A DNA stretch of 44,979 nt from positions 1 to 44,979 of the forward strand of contig CBDCEW010000071.1 of NCBI GenBank assembly GCA_965215885.1. Direction: 5' to 3'. This DNA is from Candidatus Moanibacter sp. GTDB lineage: Bacteria; Verrucomicrobiota; Verrucomicrobiia; Opitutales; UBA2987. This document shows positions 1 to 11,979 of this stretch, piece by piece. The stretch's first letter is position 1; each line of letters starts with the position of its first letter. The notes under the pieces were generated by a model that was not told the DNA's origin, searched no databases, and saw nothing but the letters and a program-made list of their open reading frames with translations. Made by a program: the position numbers and the translations under genes.

Positions 1-358
1 AGCCTCTCGCCCCTTCTCGTCACCTCGCAGAGGTTTCCCACTGCGTATGAGGGATACACATCGATTTTGCCGTAGCGGGAAAAGGTCTCAAGGGAAATGC
101 GAACCCCCAGGGAAACCCTTTTCTCTTCCAGAGATAGATAAAGACTCTGCATTGCGCCTCGCGTTGCCGCTGCCGACACTTTCCTCTCTCCGTGGTCCTC
201 GGTGATTCTCCCTGCGGCTCCGGGACCCCGATTCCACTGCGAATCCTGTCGAGTCCTGAAACCTGAAACCCGAAACCTATAATCTCGTGCCAGCTTCTGA
301 TGTGAAGTCGAAACCAGCAACCGATAACCAAAACCAGCATCCACCATGCCGTCTCCGC

Positions 359-386
359 TTGACAAAATACCCCTGGGGGGTATGGT
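359..386 (+). promoter_or_regulatory. sigma70-like promoter with CsoR-type operator
   Basis: TTGACA 359-364 and TATGGT 381-386 (16 nt spacer). Inverted repeat ATACCCC-TGG-GGGGTAT at 367-383 has the C-tract/G-tract form of CsoR operators and lies directly upstream of csoR. Confidence 0.85.
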
Positions 387-392
387 AATTGT

Positions 393-662
393 ATGATTCA
401 GGAAATTCGCAAGAAGAAGGCCATACGCAGGCTCAAGATCATCGAGGGTCAAGTGCGGGGGATAGAGAAGCTGGTGGAAGAGGAGCGCTACTGTGTGGAT
501 GTATTGACACAGATTGCCTCGGTGCAGGAAGCACTGCGGGGAGTTTCGAAAGAGATCGTACGAAATCATCTGGAGACCTGCGTAACTGAGGGAATCCGGA
601 AAGGAGAGGGCGAGGCGCATTACGAGGAGCTGACAGATATCATGTTCAAGCTGAACCATTAG
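393..662 (+). CDS. csoR: CsoR/RcnR family Cu(I)-sensing repressor
   Basis: RLKIIEGQVRGI...YCVDVLTQIASV...NHLETC (C-H-C fingerprint); adjacent to a Cu-ATPase. Confidence 0.92.
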   Translation: MIQEIRKKKAIRRLKIIEGQVRGIEKLVEEERYCVDVLTQIASVQEALRGVSKEIVRNHLETCVTEGIRKGEGEAHYEELTDIMFKLNH

Positions 663-1226
663 AAACTCGCCGGTTCAGAGTTTGTCGGACTTACGGCACA
701 TGAACGGCAAAATACGAATCATCTACTGCCCACATCATACGAAGCTTGTCATTGCGAGGAAGAATGACGAAGCAATCCACGCATTCGGCCTTACGATATT
801 CTGGAATGCCGCAGTCTGCCGTGTAGCAGACCTCGTCCCGCTCGGCGGGAACGGGAACATGTTTACGCATCCCGCTCATTTGGATAGACGCATACTACCT
901 GATGGAGGTTGGTAATAAAGATTTCTCGGAAACAAATCGCCTTCGTTGGCTAAAAGGTCCGACGAGGACAAAATAGGAGTCGTTGGGTTTGTTCAGTCAA
1001 CGAAGGATTCATTGCGCAGATCGCCTGAATCTTCAGTTGACGCTCCGGGGAAGAAGGGGGCCAGGACCTTAACCTCTGCCCACGCTACAGGGAGGCCCCC
1101 TTAGAAGCCAAGAGTCTTTGACGGATACAATCAGATGAATTTAGAGACCTCATACTCCGCTCGGCGGGAACGGGAACATGTTTACGCATCCCGCTCAAGA
1201 AACAAAGTCCGACGGATTGTTCACGG

Positions 1227-3554
<2,328 letters not shown>

Positions 3555-3600
3555 GCGACCACGATCAACCGTTCGATTGCACAATATGCCAACGTCAGCG

Positions 3601-3996
3601 TCAGTCCCCTCCCAGAATCCGATAACCCTCCCCAACAATCAGCCTCTCATCAACCGTCACTAAAGCGAGATCGAACACGATCGCGGTCGCCGCTAGAAAT
3701 CGATCCGCCGGGTCTTCGTGCCCCAAGTTCAATACTCGGCTCTGTATCGCCACCTCGTTCGTCAAAGATGCTTCCCGCGGACTCAAACTCCGCAGCGTTT
3801 GTCGTATCCACTTCTCAGGTTCAGGTTTAAGAGTCACCCGCCCTTTCGCCGCCAAAATCAGACTCTCCCACACGCTTATCGGAGAAAGCCAGATTTCATT
3901 TGACGGCTCCTCAAGTTCAACTGCGATGCGCTCCGGAAGGCGCTCCGGTTCAAGAAATCCCCAAAGGAAGATGTGCGTGTCCAACAACAGTTTCAT
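3601..3996 (-). CDS. vapC: VapC family PIN-domain toxin
   Basis: MKLLLDTHIFLW...SVWE...DPADR...VTVD. The ATG at 3996 overlaps the antitoxin TGA. Confidence 0.92.
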   Translation of the reverse strand: MKLLLDTHIFLWGFLEPERLPERIAVELEEPSNEIWLSPISVWESLILAAKGRVTLKPEPEKWIRQTLRSLSPREASLTNEVAIQSRVLNLGHEDPADRFLAATAIVFDLALVTVDERLIVGEGYRILGGD

Positions 3997-4235
3997 GGTC
4001 GACTTTCCAATGCTTCCCACCGCTCACCGGTTGGAGATACAAGGTCACCGTGAACCGCTCCGCTCTCCCTCGCCGCACCTAACCATTTTCGCCTCTCCCG
4101 CTCAATCTTTGGAGGAATTATGTCCGCAATCGGCTCTCCTCGTAGAGTCACTCGGATCGGCTGCCCCGTTCGCCCCACTCGCCTCAATAATTCCAGACAG
4201 GTCGCCTTGAACGTCGATATCGATACCGTTTCCAT
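3993..4235 (-). CDS. Phd/YefM family antitoxin
   Basis: METVSISTFKA...PIRVTLRGEPIADI; 80 aa, directly upstream of a PIN toxin. Confidence 0.9.
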   Translation of the reverse strand: METVSISTFKATCLELLRRVGRTGQPIRVTLRGEPIADIIPPKIERERRKWLGAARESGAVHGDLVSPTGERWEALESRP

Positions 4236-4245
4236 ACTTAAATAA

Positions 4246-4270
4246 GACTATAGTAATAGATTATAGTCAA
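4246..4270 (-). promoter_or_regulatory. Probable toxin-antitoxin autorepression operator
   Basis: Tandem near-palindromes GACTATAGTA (4246-4255) and GATTATAGTC (4259-4268), overlapping a minus-strand TTGACT just upstream of the antitoxin ATG. Confidence 0.65.
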
Positions 4271-4369
4271 ACCAAATCTCTTGGGTGCCTCATCGTTATC
4301 ATGACTCTTTTGCCGGCAATTCTGCATCTCCTTCCGAGAGTCTTCGAATGTCCGGCTGAGAAAAGCGGG

Positions 4370-5371
4370 CTAGTAATGGGACATGCCCCGATTGATCCAG
4401 GCGATGAGCTGCCGGCTCTCGGCAAGTTGCCAATAAATCAAAGCGGGAATACCGATGACGATGTTTCGGGCACGGATAAGGAGTGAGAGCGCCAGGGCGG
4501 TTTCGGGTCCGATTCCAACTATCATCCCCACGAAGACGAGCCCGCCTTCCTGTACTCCAAGCGCCGCCGGCACCATGAATGCAGCAATTCGAATCGCGTG
4601 CACCATGCTTTCAAGGATGAGGGCTTCGATCACACCGCCGGGATACCCAAGAAAATATGACCCGATGATAATTTGGCCGGTCCCGACAATGACCCCGAAG
4701 ATGCGCCAAACGGCCGCGATTATTAGATCGGCATGTCGCCGACAGATGGTTTGTATCGCCTCATCCAAGGCCTGCGCGCTTCCCGTAATTGTGGTCCAGT
4801 TACCGACCTTAACAGTCTTTTCGAGTCTCTTCGTAAGTTTGAAAAACAGTCCTGCCCGTTGAGCAAAATAGAATCCCGTAATTAATAGTCCGAGAACGAG
4901 AAAACTGATTCCCGCGGTGAGTGTGGTATCGACCAACCTGTCGTACTGAGTCAAAAGAAGGATACCTCCGACTGCAAAATACAACTGAGCGCCCACCGCG
5001 ATGGTGAGGTCCACGATGACACTTGCGCTCGATATCGAGCCGGGCACGCCCTTTACGGTCAGGAGTCTTGCGCGCACGAAATCACCCCCTACCTGAGCTA
5101 CGGGTAGAAGAGAGTTCACTGCTCCGCTTACCCATTGCAACGTAAGCACTGTCCCAAACGAAGGTCGGGCTATCTCCGGAACGAGTCTGCGCCAGCAGAT
5201 TGCCGCCGCTATCATAGGGAGCACATGAAATATACAGAGTGCAAAGAGTCCCCATCCCGAAGAAACCAGGGCCACTCCGACCTGCTCAAATCCATAGAAT
5301 GCAACTAAGCCGATCAGTAATAGAAAACCGACAAACAAAGAGATGACTACGACCGTCTTCACCTTACACAA
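4370..5371 (-). CDS. Lysylphosphatidylglycerol synthase TM / HpnL-like flippase-domain membrane protein
   Basis: Multi-TM; VNSLLPVAQVGGDFVRARLL, SASVIVD and VPAALGVQEGG motifs. Confidence 0.8.
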   Translation of the reverse strand: MCKVKTVVVISLFVGFLLLIGLVAFYGFEQVGVALVSSGWGLFALCIFHVLPMIAAAICWRRLVPEIARPSFGTVLTLQWVSGAVNSLLPVAQVGGDFVRARLLTVKGVPGSISSASVIVDLTIAVGAQLYFAVGGILLLTQYDRLVDTTLTAGISFLVLGLLITGFYFAQRAGLFFKLTKRLEKTVKVGNWTTITGSAQALDEAIQTICRRHADLIIAAVWRIFGVIVGTGQIIIGSYFLGYPGGVIEALILESMVHAIRIAAFMVPAALGVQEGGLVFVGMIVGIGPETALALSLLIRARNIVIGIPALIYWQLAESRQLIAWINRGMSHY

Positions 5372-5381
5372 CCAGGCGCAA

Positions 5382-6641
5382 TTACTGGGCTTGCTCCTTT
5401 TCAGTTCCGCTCATGACAGTACCGAGGCCGGGAGCACAGTCTCGGTATTTCGCAGGCAAAGTAACCTTTCCTTCGACTTCATGGGATCTGCGCATCGCTT
5501 GACGGTAAACCTCAAGGGTCTGGCGTGCGCACCCTTCCCAGGTGAAGGTCTGTGATCGCAACCTGCCTCGATGACCAAGTTCCGCCCGTAGAGATTCATC
5601 TTCATTCAACTTGATGAGAGCATCCGCGATCTCGACCGTCGATAAGGGATTGACGTAGAGGGCCGCATCTCCGGCCACCTCGGGGAGTGAACTCACGTAT
5701 GAAGTGACGACAGGAGCGCCGCACGCCATCGCCTCAAGAACCGGGATTCCGAATCCTTCGCCGAGCGATGGGTGAAGGAAGACCCGCGCACGATTGTAAA
5801 GTCCCCTGAGTTGAACATCAGTCACTTTGGGGAGAATTATCACCTGCTTCCATCTATCAAGCCGTTCGAGTAAACGTTTCATTTCTAAGTCACCCCAACG
5901 AGAGAAACGTCGTACTACGACACAACGGAGCTTGGAACGTTCAGCGAAAGCCTGGAGAAAACCCTCAGTGCCACGGCTGTGATTCTTGTACGGCGAACCT
6001 TGTCCGACGGAAAGGATGAAGCGCGTCCCCGGGGGAACGAGCTCGGCTGTAGTTCGCTCCGCCTCTTCCCGTGAAATGGATTTGAAATAGGGATCAAGGC
6101 CGTTATGTGTCACATGCGTGCGTTTGCCCGCTTCCGGATCATAAGCGCTAATTGCTTTGCGCGAAGCGTGGGATACGGTCAATATCAGCGTGGCGTGGCG
6201 CAGGGCATGGTTGATGCCAAAGCGGTAAAAGGTGCCGGCAGCGAACTGGAGAAGAAGAGAGGAAGTACAGTATTCGGGTCGACTTAACCACATCACGTCG
6301 TGGATGGTCGCAATCGATCTGCACGGTATTCCCCGCGGTAGGACGTTGAATGGACTATGAAATATGTCCACACCCTCAAAGTCGAATTCGCGGGTAAGCC
6401 TGAACTGTGTCCGCATGGAATGCGCCGGCGCGTTAAAACGAACTTCCCGTACTCTGCCCGCATTTGGTCCTTCTACAATGGGGCGTTGATTGCCCGACGG
6501 GACAACCAGCGTCAATTCCAACTCGGGATCGAGCGTAACCAACTGCCTAACGAGATGGTAGCTGTAACGGCCGACTCCTCCGGAAGGAATTACCTCCGTC
6601 TCAGTTGTTCGGATGTAACGAGCGTCGAACGCTACTCTCAT
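5382..6641 (-). CDS. Glycosyltransferase family 4
   Basis: [42 protein letters not shown]. Confidence 0.92.
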   Translation of the reverse strand: MRVAFDARYIRTTETEVIPSGGVGRYSYHLVRQLVTLDPELELTLVVPSGNQRPIVEGPNAGRVREVRFNAPAHSMRTQFRLTREFDFEGVDIFHSPFNVLPRGIPCRSIATIHDVMWLSRPEYCTSSLLLQFAAGTFYRFGINHALRHATLILTVSHASRKAISAYDPEAGKRTHVTHNGLDPYFKSISREEAERTTAELVPPGTRFILSVGQGSPYKNHSRGTEGFLQAFAERSKLRCVVVRRFSRWGDLEMKRLLERLDRWKQVIILPKVTDVQLRGLYNRARVFLHPSLGEGFGIPVLEAMACGAPVVTSYVSSLPEVAGDAALYVNPLSTVEIADALIKLNEDESLRAELGHRGRLRSQTFTWEGCARQTLEVYRQAMRRSHEVEGKVTLPAKYRDCAPGLGTVMSGTEKEQAQ

Positions 6642-6686
6642 TTAACTCTCTACTTTGGCAGAAGCATTTCCCGAAAGTCTCCAAGG

Positions 6687-6741
6687 ATTATACATTACAA
6701 ACGTTAACATTACGTCTCCATACAGATGACAGATCTGTTAT
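6687..6741 (-). promoter_or_regulatory. CusR/CopR-type box plus -10 element (promoter of the GT4-HpnL operon)
   Basis: ATGACAGATCTGTTAT at 6726-6741, then 33 nt, then TATAAT (minus strand, 6687-6692). Confidence 0.65.
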
Positions 6742-6800
6742 TATTCTGGGTAGTGCGAAGGAAGCGTGAGGAAAAATTCCGTCCAATCGCTTTTCGGCAA
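6741..6800 (-). pseudogene. C-terminal remnant of a histidine kinase paralogous to 8035-9456
   Basis: SDWTEFFLTLPSHYPE*; DNA aligns with about 8088-8150. Confidence 0.7.
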
Positions 6801-6825
6801 TTCCTCTCGCCTGCGAGAGTTCCGA

Positions 6826-7161
6826 CTATTTGCTCTCCATGACCTCGATTCTCTGCCATTCATCGGGAACCCCCTCGACCATGAACTTGGCGGAACGTTC
6901 CAGATAGAGCTTGGCTGTCTTGTCTTCAGGATTGATCTGCATGAGATTGAGATGGGTCCTGATTCTTGCCAGTAATTCGTCTTTTGAAAATGGTTTTGCG
7001 AGGTAATCATTCGCGCCTGAGGAAAATCCCTCAATGAGATCAGAAACCTGGTTTTTGGCCGTAATCATGATGATGGGAAGTTCGCCGGGCAGGAACTTCG
7101 CTCGAATCTCTTGACACACCTTGTAGCCGAATACGGAGAAATCAAGCCGCTCACTGACCAC
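6826..7161 (-). pseudogene. Truncated receiver domain fused to an adenylate-cyclase-like C-terminal tail
   Basis: GYKVCQEIR..LPIIMITAK..GANDYLAKPFSKDELLARI lacks the N-terminal half, including the phospho-Asp. It joins directly to INPEDKTAKLYLER..VPDEW. Confidence 0.65.
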
Positions 7162-7422
7162 CTAAGTCACATTCACTCCCTGGCCTCGCGTCTCCCCAAA
7201 CTCAATAATCGGACTACTCACAAAATGGCTCAAGTATTCACCAAACGGCATGAAATAATCCCCAAACTCGAGCTCAAAGTCGCCGATATCAAGGGTCCCG
7301 ATCGCTTCATCCAGCTTGTGGCTATTGAACTCGCTGTCATATTCGTAGACGAACTCGCCCTTCGCCCACGACCAAGGCTGCAATTCAGCAACCAGCTGGA
7401 TCGAACCGACCGTCGCATCCAT
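7162..7422 (-). pseudogene. Fragment of an LbtU-like outer membrane porin
   Basis: LDEAIGTLD..G.YFMPFGEYLSHFVSSP..GET resembles the LbtU-family N-terminal region; no signal peptide, ends at 86 aa. Confidence 0.5.
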
Positions 7423-7547
7423 ATCCGGCTCCGAGTCTGTGTCTACGGTTTACTGTTCAACTCCGGTCATCTGACCTTCGGTTAGAAAATGGTCGTCGGG
7501 ATAAGCCACAAAGCTATCGGTTCCCGGTTGAATGTGAGGCGACGGGG

Positions 7548-7985
7548 CTAATCCTTGTTGAATAGGTTAAACTTGCTCAACCACCCATCGTCGTCGTCAT
7601 CATCTTTATCATCTTTATCATCATCATCGTCGTCATCAACGTCGTCCAATCTAGACAAGAGGATCCTTCCATTTCCGGCGTCTATGTCCACCACCCGCAA
7701 CTCCGCCTCATTCGAGACCACCAGCACTCTATAAACGAGGTATCCCCGTGCCTTCACTAGAGAAACTGCGAGGGGTTGACCAGAGATCTTTCTGAGCGCT
7801 ATGTCGACTGCCTTAGTGAGTCTAATCTTCGCCAGGGCGGGGTAGTCCGCCACATTGCTCTGACCCTCGAGTTTTATCGAAGCCTTCTCTACCCATCCCT
7901 CTTCCCTGTCGAGCTTTCCATCGCCTGCCAAAGCCCCTGTCAGCGAAAGCAGGCCAATAACGAGCCAAAATGTGAGTCTTTTCAA
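7548..7985 (-). CDS. PepSY domain exported protein with Asp-rich tail
   Basis: Signal peptide; AKIRLTKAVDIAL..GYLVYRV..VDIDAGNGRIL; poly-D C-terminus. Confidence 0.85.
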   Translation of the reverse strand: MKRLTFWLVIGLLSLTGALAGDGKLDREEGWVEKASIKLEGQSNVADYPALAKIRLTKAVDIALRKISGQPLAVSLVKARGYLVYRVLVVSNEAELRVVDIDAGNGRILLSRLDDVDDDDDDDKDDKDDDDDDGWLSKFNLFNKD

Positions 7986-8033
7986 TTTCGAATCCTTTCA
8001 GTTTTAAAATTCTCTTCTCAAGAGCCTCTCATA

Positions 8034-8088
8034 CTTATACATCATCAACATAAACGCTACGCCTGAAAGCAGATGACAAATCTGTAAT
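8034..8088 (-). promoter_or_regulatory. CusR/CopR-type box plus -10 element (promoter of the PepSY gene)
   Basis: ATGACAAATCTGTAAT at 8073-8088, then 33 nt, then TATAAG (8034-8039). Confidence 0.65.
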
Positions 8089-9456
8089 TATTCCGAGAAG
8101 TGCAAAGGAAGAGAGAGAGAACTCCGTCCAATCCGTTTCCGACTTCACCAAAGTCACGTCACCACCGTGAATCCGAGCAATTTCACGGGCCAGATTGAGT
8201 CCCAGGCCGAACGCGCCTGTTTCGCGACCGCGTTCCGGCTCGCCGCGAAAGAAGCGCTTAAAAATCTCCTCTCGATCCGCCTCCGAAATCCCTTTTCCAT
8301 GATTCCCGATCGCAAACTTAAGGATTCCCTCAACGGTCCAAACTCGGCAGCGGATGGAACCGCCCGGACGGTTAAATTTGACCGCGTTTTCAATCAGATT
8401 GCGAATCACTTGCCGCAAGAGTAAAGGATCCCCCAATACCTCCCATACCTCTCCCGGTTTTTCAAACTCGATGTGCAGATCATTCGCCTCCGGTGTCTCG
8501 CGAAACTCGTCGATCACATCATCCGCAACTTCGATCATTCCGACCGGCAATCGCTCAATTTCCAGGGCCCCGGAATCGGCCCTCGACAGAAACAGGAGGG
8601 AGTGAGTAAGCGCTTTCAGTCGGTGGACTTCCTCCAGCATGCGCACATAGGCAAGCTTGTCTTCCTTATGGGCAGCCTCGTCGCCCATTCGTGATTCCAG
8701 CTCTACCTGGAGGATGGCCAACGGCGTCCTTAACTCGTGGGAGGCATCGGATGTGAATCGCCGCGCCTGGTGATAACCCGTCTCCAGTCGCTCCAACATC
8801 CCGTTAATTGATTGTGCGAGCCTTCCAATCTCGTCTGGGCGTGAACTCTCCCCCACCCGCTCGGACAGGTTCGTCGTTTCGATGGAAGCGATTCCATCAG
8901 CAATGTTCTGTACCGGCTGTAATGTTCTTCTCGCGATCCACCATCCTCCGGCCGCGACAAAGAGCAGGGAAAAGGGGAGCGCGATTCCAAAGGCCTGGAT
9001 CAATTCAATATACTCTTCCTCGATATCTTGGAGATTGGCGGCCACAAACACTTGCCAATCGTAGTAGACATACCGGCGAATCCTCCAGTCGCCGTCGTCA
9101 GTCCACACTGAACTCTCTTCCGCAAGGACATCAGCAAACTCATCTTTCCAGAGTTTAGGATCTCGAAACCGATAATTCCCATCCGGCTCCAAGACCGCGA
9201 GAAGAGAAAACCTGGGTTCATCATCATAATGCAACGCCGCCGAAAAATCCCTTAAGGTAAACGTCTCCGTACCGTAATGGGCTAGCTTGACGAGCAGCAG
9301 AGCGGCCAACGCTTCGGCATCCTCTTCCGCCATTTCGCGCTGCTCCTCCCGAACCGAGAAGGTCGTTCCAATCATGAAAACGAGTAAAACCGAACCGGAC
9401 ACTAGAGCGGACCACGCGGCCACCTGCAGTCGGTAGGACTTACGAAATATCGACAT
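8035..9456 (-). CDS. Sensor histidine kinase, CusS/CzcS-like (C-terminus probably frameshifted)
   Basis: Two TM segments, HAMP (DEIGRLA), H-box FTSDASHELRTP, N-box NLIENAVKF, GLGL. Confidence 0.92.
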   Translation of the reverse strand: MSIFRKSYRLQVAAWSALVSGSVLLVFMIGTTFSVREEQREMAEEDAEALAALLLVKLAHYGTETFTLRDFSAALHYDDEPRFSLLAVLEPDGNYRFRDPKLWKDEFADVLAEESSVWTDDGDWRIRRYVYYDWQVFVAANLQDIEEEYIELIQAFGIALPFSLLFVAAGGWWIARRTLQPVQNIADGIASIETTNLSERVGESSRPDEIGRLAQSINGMLERLETGYHQARRFTSDASHELRTPLAILQVELESRMGDEAAHKEDKLAYVRMLEEVHRLKALTHSLLFLSRADSGALEIERLPVGMIEVADDVIDEFRETPEANDLHIEFEKPGEVWEVLGDPLLLRQVIRNLIENAVKFNRPGGSIRCRVWTVEGILKFAIGNHGKGISEADREEIFKRFFRGEPERGRETGAFGLGLNLAREIARIHGGDVTLVKSETDWTEFSLSSFALLGIITDLSSAFRRSVYVDDV

Positions 9457-10120
9457 TCTTGATGCGGTAACCGATCCCTCGCACCGTTTCCACTAGTTTC
9501 TTATCATACCCATCGTCGATCTTTCGGCGCAATCGCCCGATATAGACATCAACCAGATTCGTTTCAGGATCAAAATGATATTCCCATACGTGTTCAAAAA
9601 TCTGCACTCTGCTCCAAACTCTTCCAGGTGTCTTCATCAGGAATACAAGAAGATTAAACTCCCGTGCGGGAAGGTTGATGGGGCACTCTCCCCGAGTGAC
9701 TTCACGAGTCATCAGGTTAACTCTCAGGTCCCCTACACAAAGAACCTCCAAACCTCTTCCGGTTGTTCGCCGTAGCACGGCGTGCAATCGCGCCACCAAT
9801 TCATCCACGAAAAATGGTTTCACGATGTAGTCATCGGCGCCAAAATCGAGCCCCTCGATCACTTCTTCATGGGCTCCACGGGCGGTAATGACAATGATCG
9901 GCGTTCGTATGCCATCCTTGCGAAGCTGGCGCATTACGCTTAGACCGTCTCGTTCCGGAAGCATGATATCCAATACGATCGCATCAAACGATTCGGTCGC
10001 GGCCCGCTCCAGCGCTTCCCTCCCTGATACCGTGTGCTCCACAGAGAATCCCTCTGCGGCGAGTCCTTTCCCAATCAGGGACGCCAGCTTCCGTTCATCC
10101 TCCGCGATCAATACTTTCAT
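9440..10120 (-). CDS. OmpR-family response regulator, CusR/CzcR-like
   Basis: MKVLIAEDE, LDIMLP..DG, GADDYIVKPF, TNLVDVYIGRLRRKID, TVRGIGY. Confidence 0.95.
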   Translation of the reverse strand: MKVLIAEDERKLASLIGKGLAAEGFSVEHTVSGREALERAATESFDAIVLDIMLPERDGLSVMRQLRKDGIRTPIIVITARGAHEEVIEGLDFGADDYIVKPFFVDELVARLHAVLRRTTGRGLEVLCVGDLRVNLMTREVTRGECPINLPAREFNLLVFLMKTPGRVWSRVQIFEHVWEYHFDPETNLVDVYIGRLRRKIDDGYDKKLVETVRGIGYRIKNVDIS

Positions 10121-10211
10121 TTGCCGGATCTTTCTCCTTCTTTTGGGTTTATTGCAAATCGAATAACCGGGATTCGCATTCTACGGTCTCATCGTGAGGG
10201 GAATGTCTCGG

Positions 10212-10367
10212 AGTAAAGGGGGTGCCTACTCCGCCGCAGTCGTTTCAAGCGCTGGCGTTTTTCGATTCGTTTAATCGCTTCGGGTTTAATTCCCCGAAGC
10301 TTGCTTCGTTTCTAATTCATAAAGTCTAATATCAAATGCCTCGGGGCTTGCCCCGAGGATCTTTACT
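10212..10367. repeat. Small palindrome-bearing non-coding element (PATE/MITE-like)
   Basis: Termini AGTAAAG and CTTTACT; perfect hairpin CCTCGGGGC-TT-GCCCCGAGG at 10339-10358; CGAAGC-TT-GCTTCG hairpin. Confidence 0.55.
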
Positions 10368-10458
10368 ACTCTTTCAATGGCAAACACGGTGTCAGAAGTA
10401 GGGCTACGACCTGTCCGTCGAAGCGTCCAAGGCAACGTCGAAAGGCCCGATAGGCTTA

Positions 10459-10513
10459 ATTATACACCCCGAATTTAAACCTCAGGTATAATTCAAGATG
10501 ACAAATTTGTTAG
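10459..10513 (-). promoter_or_regulatory. CusR/CopR-type box plus -10 element facing the two-component operon
   Basis: ATGACAAATTTGTTAG at 10498-10513, then 33 nt, then TATAAT (10459-10464). Confidence 0.6.
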
Positions 10514-10549
10514 AATTCAACAGAATCGATCATATAGGATAACCGGGAA

Positions 10550-11182
10550 ATGAAAAAGGGCCTCATCGTGACCGATCTAAGCTTTTTGACCATGGGTCCT
10601 TTTTCCCTCAACGTCGCACCCGGCGAAACGGTAGGGATTCGAGGTCCCTCCGGAGCTGGAAAGACACTCCTTCTGAGAGCCATTGCCGACCTCGATCCCC
10701 ACTCGGGCCGTGTCGCCTTCGGCGGGATCGCATGCGAAGCCATCCCAGCCTCGCAGTGGCGAAAACGAGTCGGCCTGCTCCCCGCCGAAAGCCAATGGTG
10801 GCACGATCGTGTCGGCCCCCATTTTAACCATGTCGGCGACGATCTACTTGAGGCCGTCGGATTTGACCGCGAAGTTCTAACCTGGACAATTACCCGCCTC
10901 TCGGTCGGCGAGCGGCAGCGACTTGGGCTGATTCGGCTTCTCGATCGCACCCCCGAAGCGCTCCTCCTCGACGAACCCACCGCAAACCTCGATCCTGAAA
11001 ATACCGAGAGAGTAGAAGCCCTCATCAGAGACTATAGAGACAAACACCATGCACCTGTTCTGTGGGTAAGCCATAGCCGGAATCAACAGGAGCGGGTCGC
11101 AAACCGTCAGCATATCCTCACGGACGGGAAGCTGGCGGACCCTATCTACTCCAAGTCCGACTTTTTACAGGAGGACTCATGA
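10550..11182 (+). CDS. fetA: ABC ATPase, FetA/YbbL-like
   Basis: GPSGAGKT, LSVGERQR, LLLDEPTANLD, WVSH; coupled to a FetB-type permease. Confidence 0.85.
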   Translation: MKKGLIVTDLSFLTMGPFSLNVAPGETVGIRGPSGAGKTLLLRAIADLDPHSGRVAFGGIACEAIPASQWRKRVGLLPAESQWWHDRVGPHFNHVGDDLLEAVGFDREVLTWTITRLSVGERQRLGLIRLLDRTPEALLLDEPTANLDPENTERVEALIRDYRDKHHAPVLWVSHSRNQQERVANRQHILTDGKLADPIYSKSDFLQEDS

Positions 11183-11979
11183 CCGTTATTCAACTGACTC
11201 CCTTAGACCTGACCTTTTCTGCTCTCCTCATCCTGCTTCTGGCCGGTCTCACCCATCGCCGCCGCCTCGGAATTACCCGGCCTCTGCTGGTCAACGCTGT
11301 GCGAATGTGCGTGCAGTTGCTCATCATTGGAGTAGTCCTTAAAGTGGTCTTTTCCCTTTCCAACTTCACTTACATTCTGCTCATCGCGGCGCTCATGTTG
11401 CTGGTCGCAAGCCGTGAGGTTATTGCCCGGCAAAAGCGTCCCCTGAAAGGGTCGTGGAGCTACAGTATCGGCTTCTCCGCTATGTCTCTCTCCTCTTTTT
11501 CCGTCACTCTCTTTGCTCTCCTCGCCATCGTTGGCCCGACACCGTGGTATTCCCCCCAATATGCCATTCCGCTTCTCGGCATGGTCCTGGGCAATACCAT
11601 GAACGGAATCAGCATCAGCATCGACCGCCTCCTCCAAACGGCCTGGGATCAGCGCGCCGTCATCGAGCAGCGCCTCATGCTCGGAGAGGAGTGTGGCGAC
11701 GCCCTTCTTGAAATTTCGAGAGACTGTCTCCGCTCAGGTATGATCCCGGTGATAAATTCCATGGCCACCGCCGGTATCGTCAGCCTTCCCGGGATGATGA
11801 CCGGTCAAATCCTCGCCGGCACCCCACCCACCGAGGCCGTAAAATATCAAATTGTCATCTGGTTCCTCATCGCCGCCGCCAGCGGATTCGGAATGATAAT
11901 CGCCATTTCCCTGACCGGCAGACGTCTCTTCGACGAGCGGCAGCGTTTGCGACTCGACCGCCTCGTGAATGCGGATTAG
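11179..11979 (+). CDS. fetB: ABC permease FetB/YbbM (UPF0014)
   Basis: PQYAIPLLGMVLGNTM, GIVSLPGMMTGQILAG..AVKYQI. Confidence 0.9.
   Translation: MTVIQLTPLDLTFSALLILLLAGLTHRRRLGITRPLLVNAVRMCVQLLIIGVVLKVVFSLSNFTYILLIAALMLLVASREVIARQKRPLKGSWSYSIGFSAMSLSSFSVTLFALLAIVGPTPWYSPQYAIPLLGMVLGNTMNGISISIDRLLQTAWDQRAVIEQRLMLGEECGDALLEISRDCLRSGMIPVINSMATAGIVSLPGMMTGQILAGTPPTEAVKYQIVIWFLIAAASGFGMIIAISLTGRRLFDERQRLRLDRLVNAD

Noticed and set aside
20..340. 106-aa minus-strand ORF
   Set aside because: Composed largely of heptamer and low-complexity repeats; no family motif
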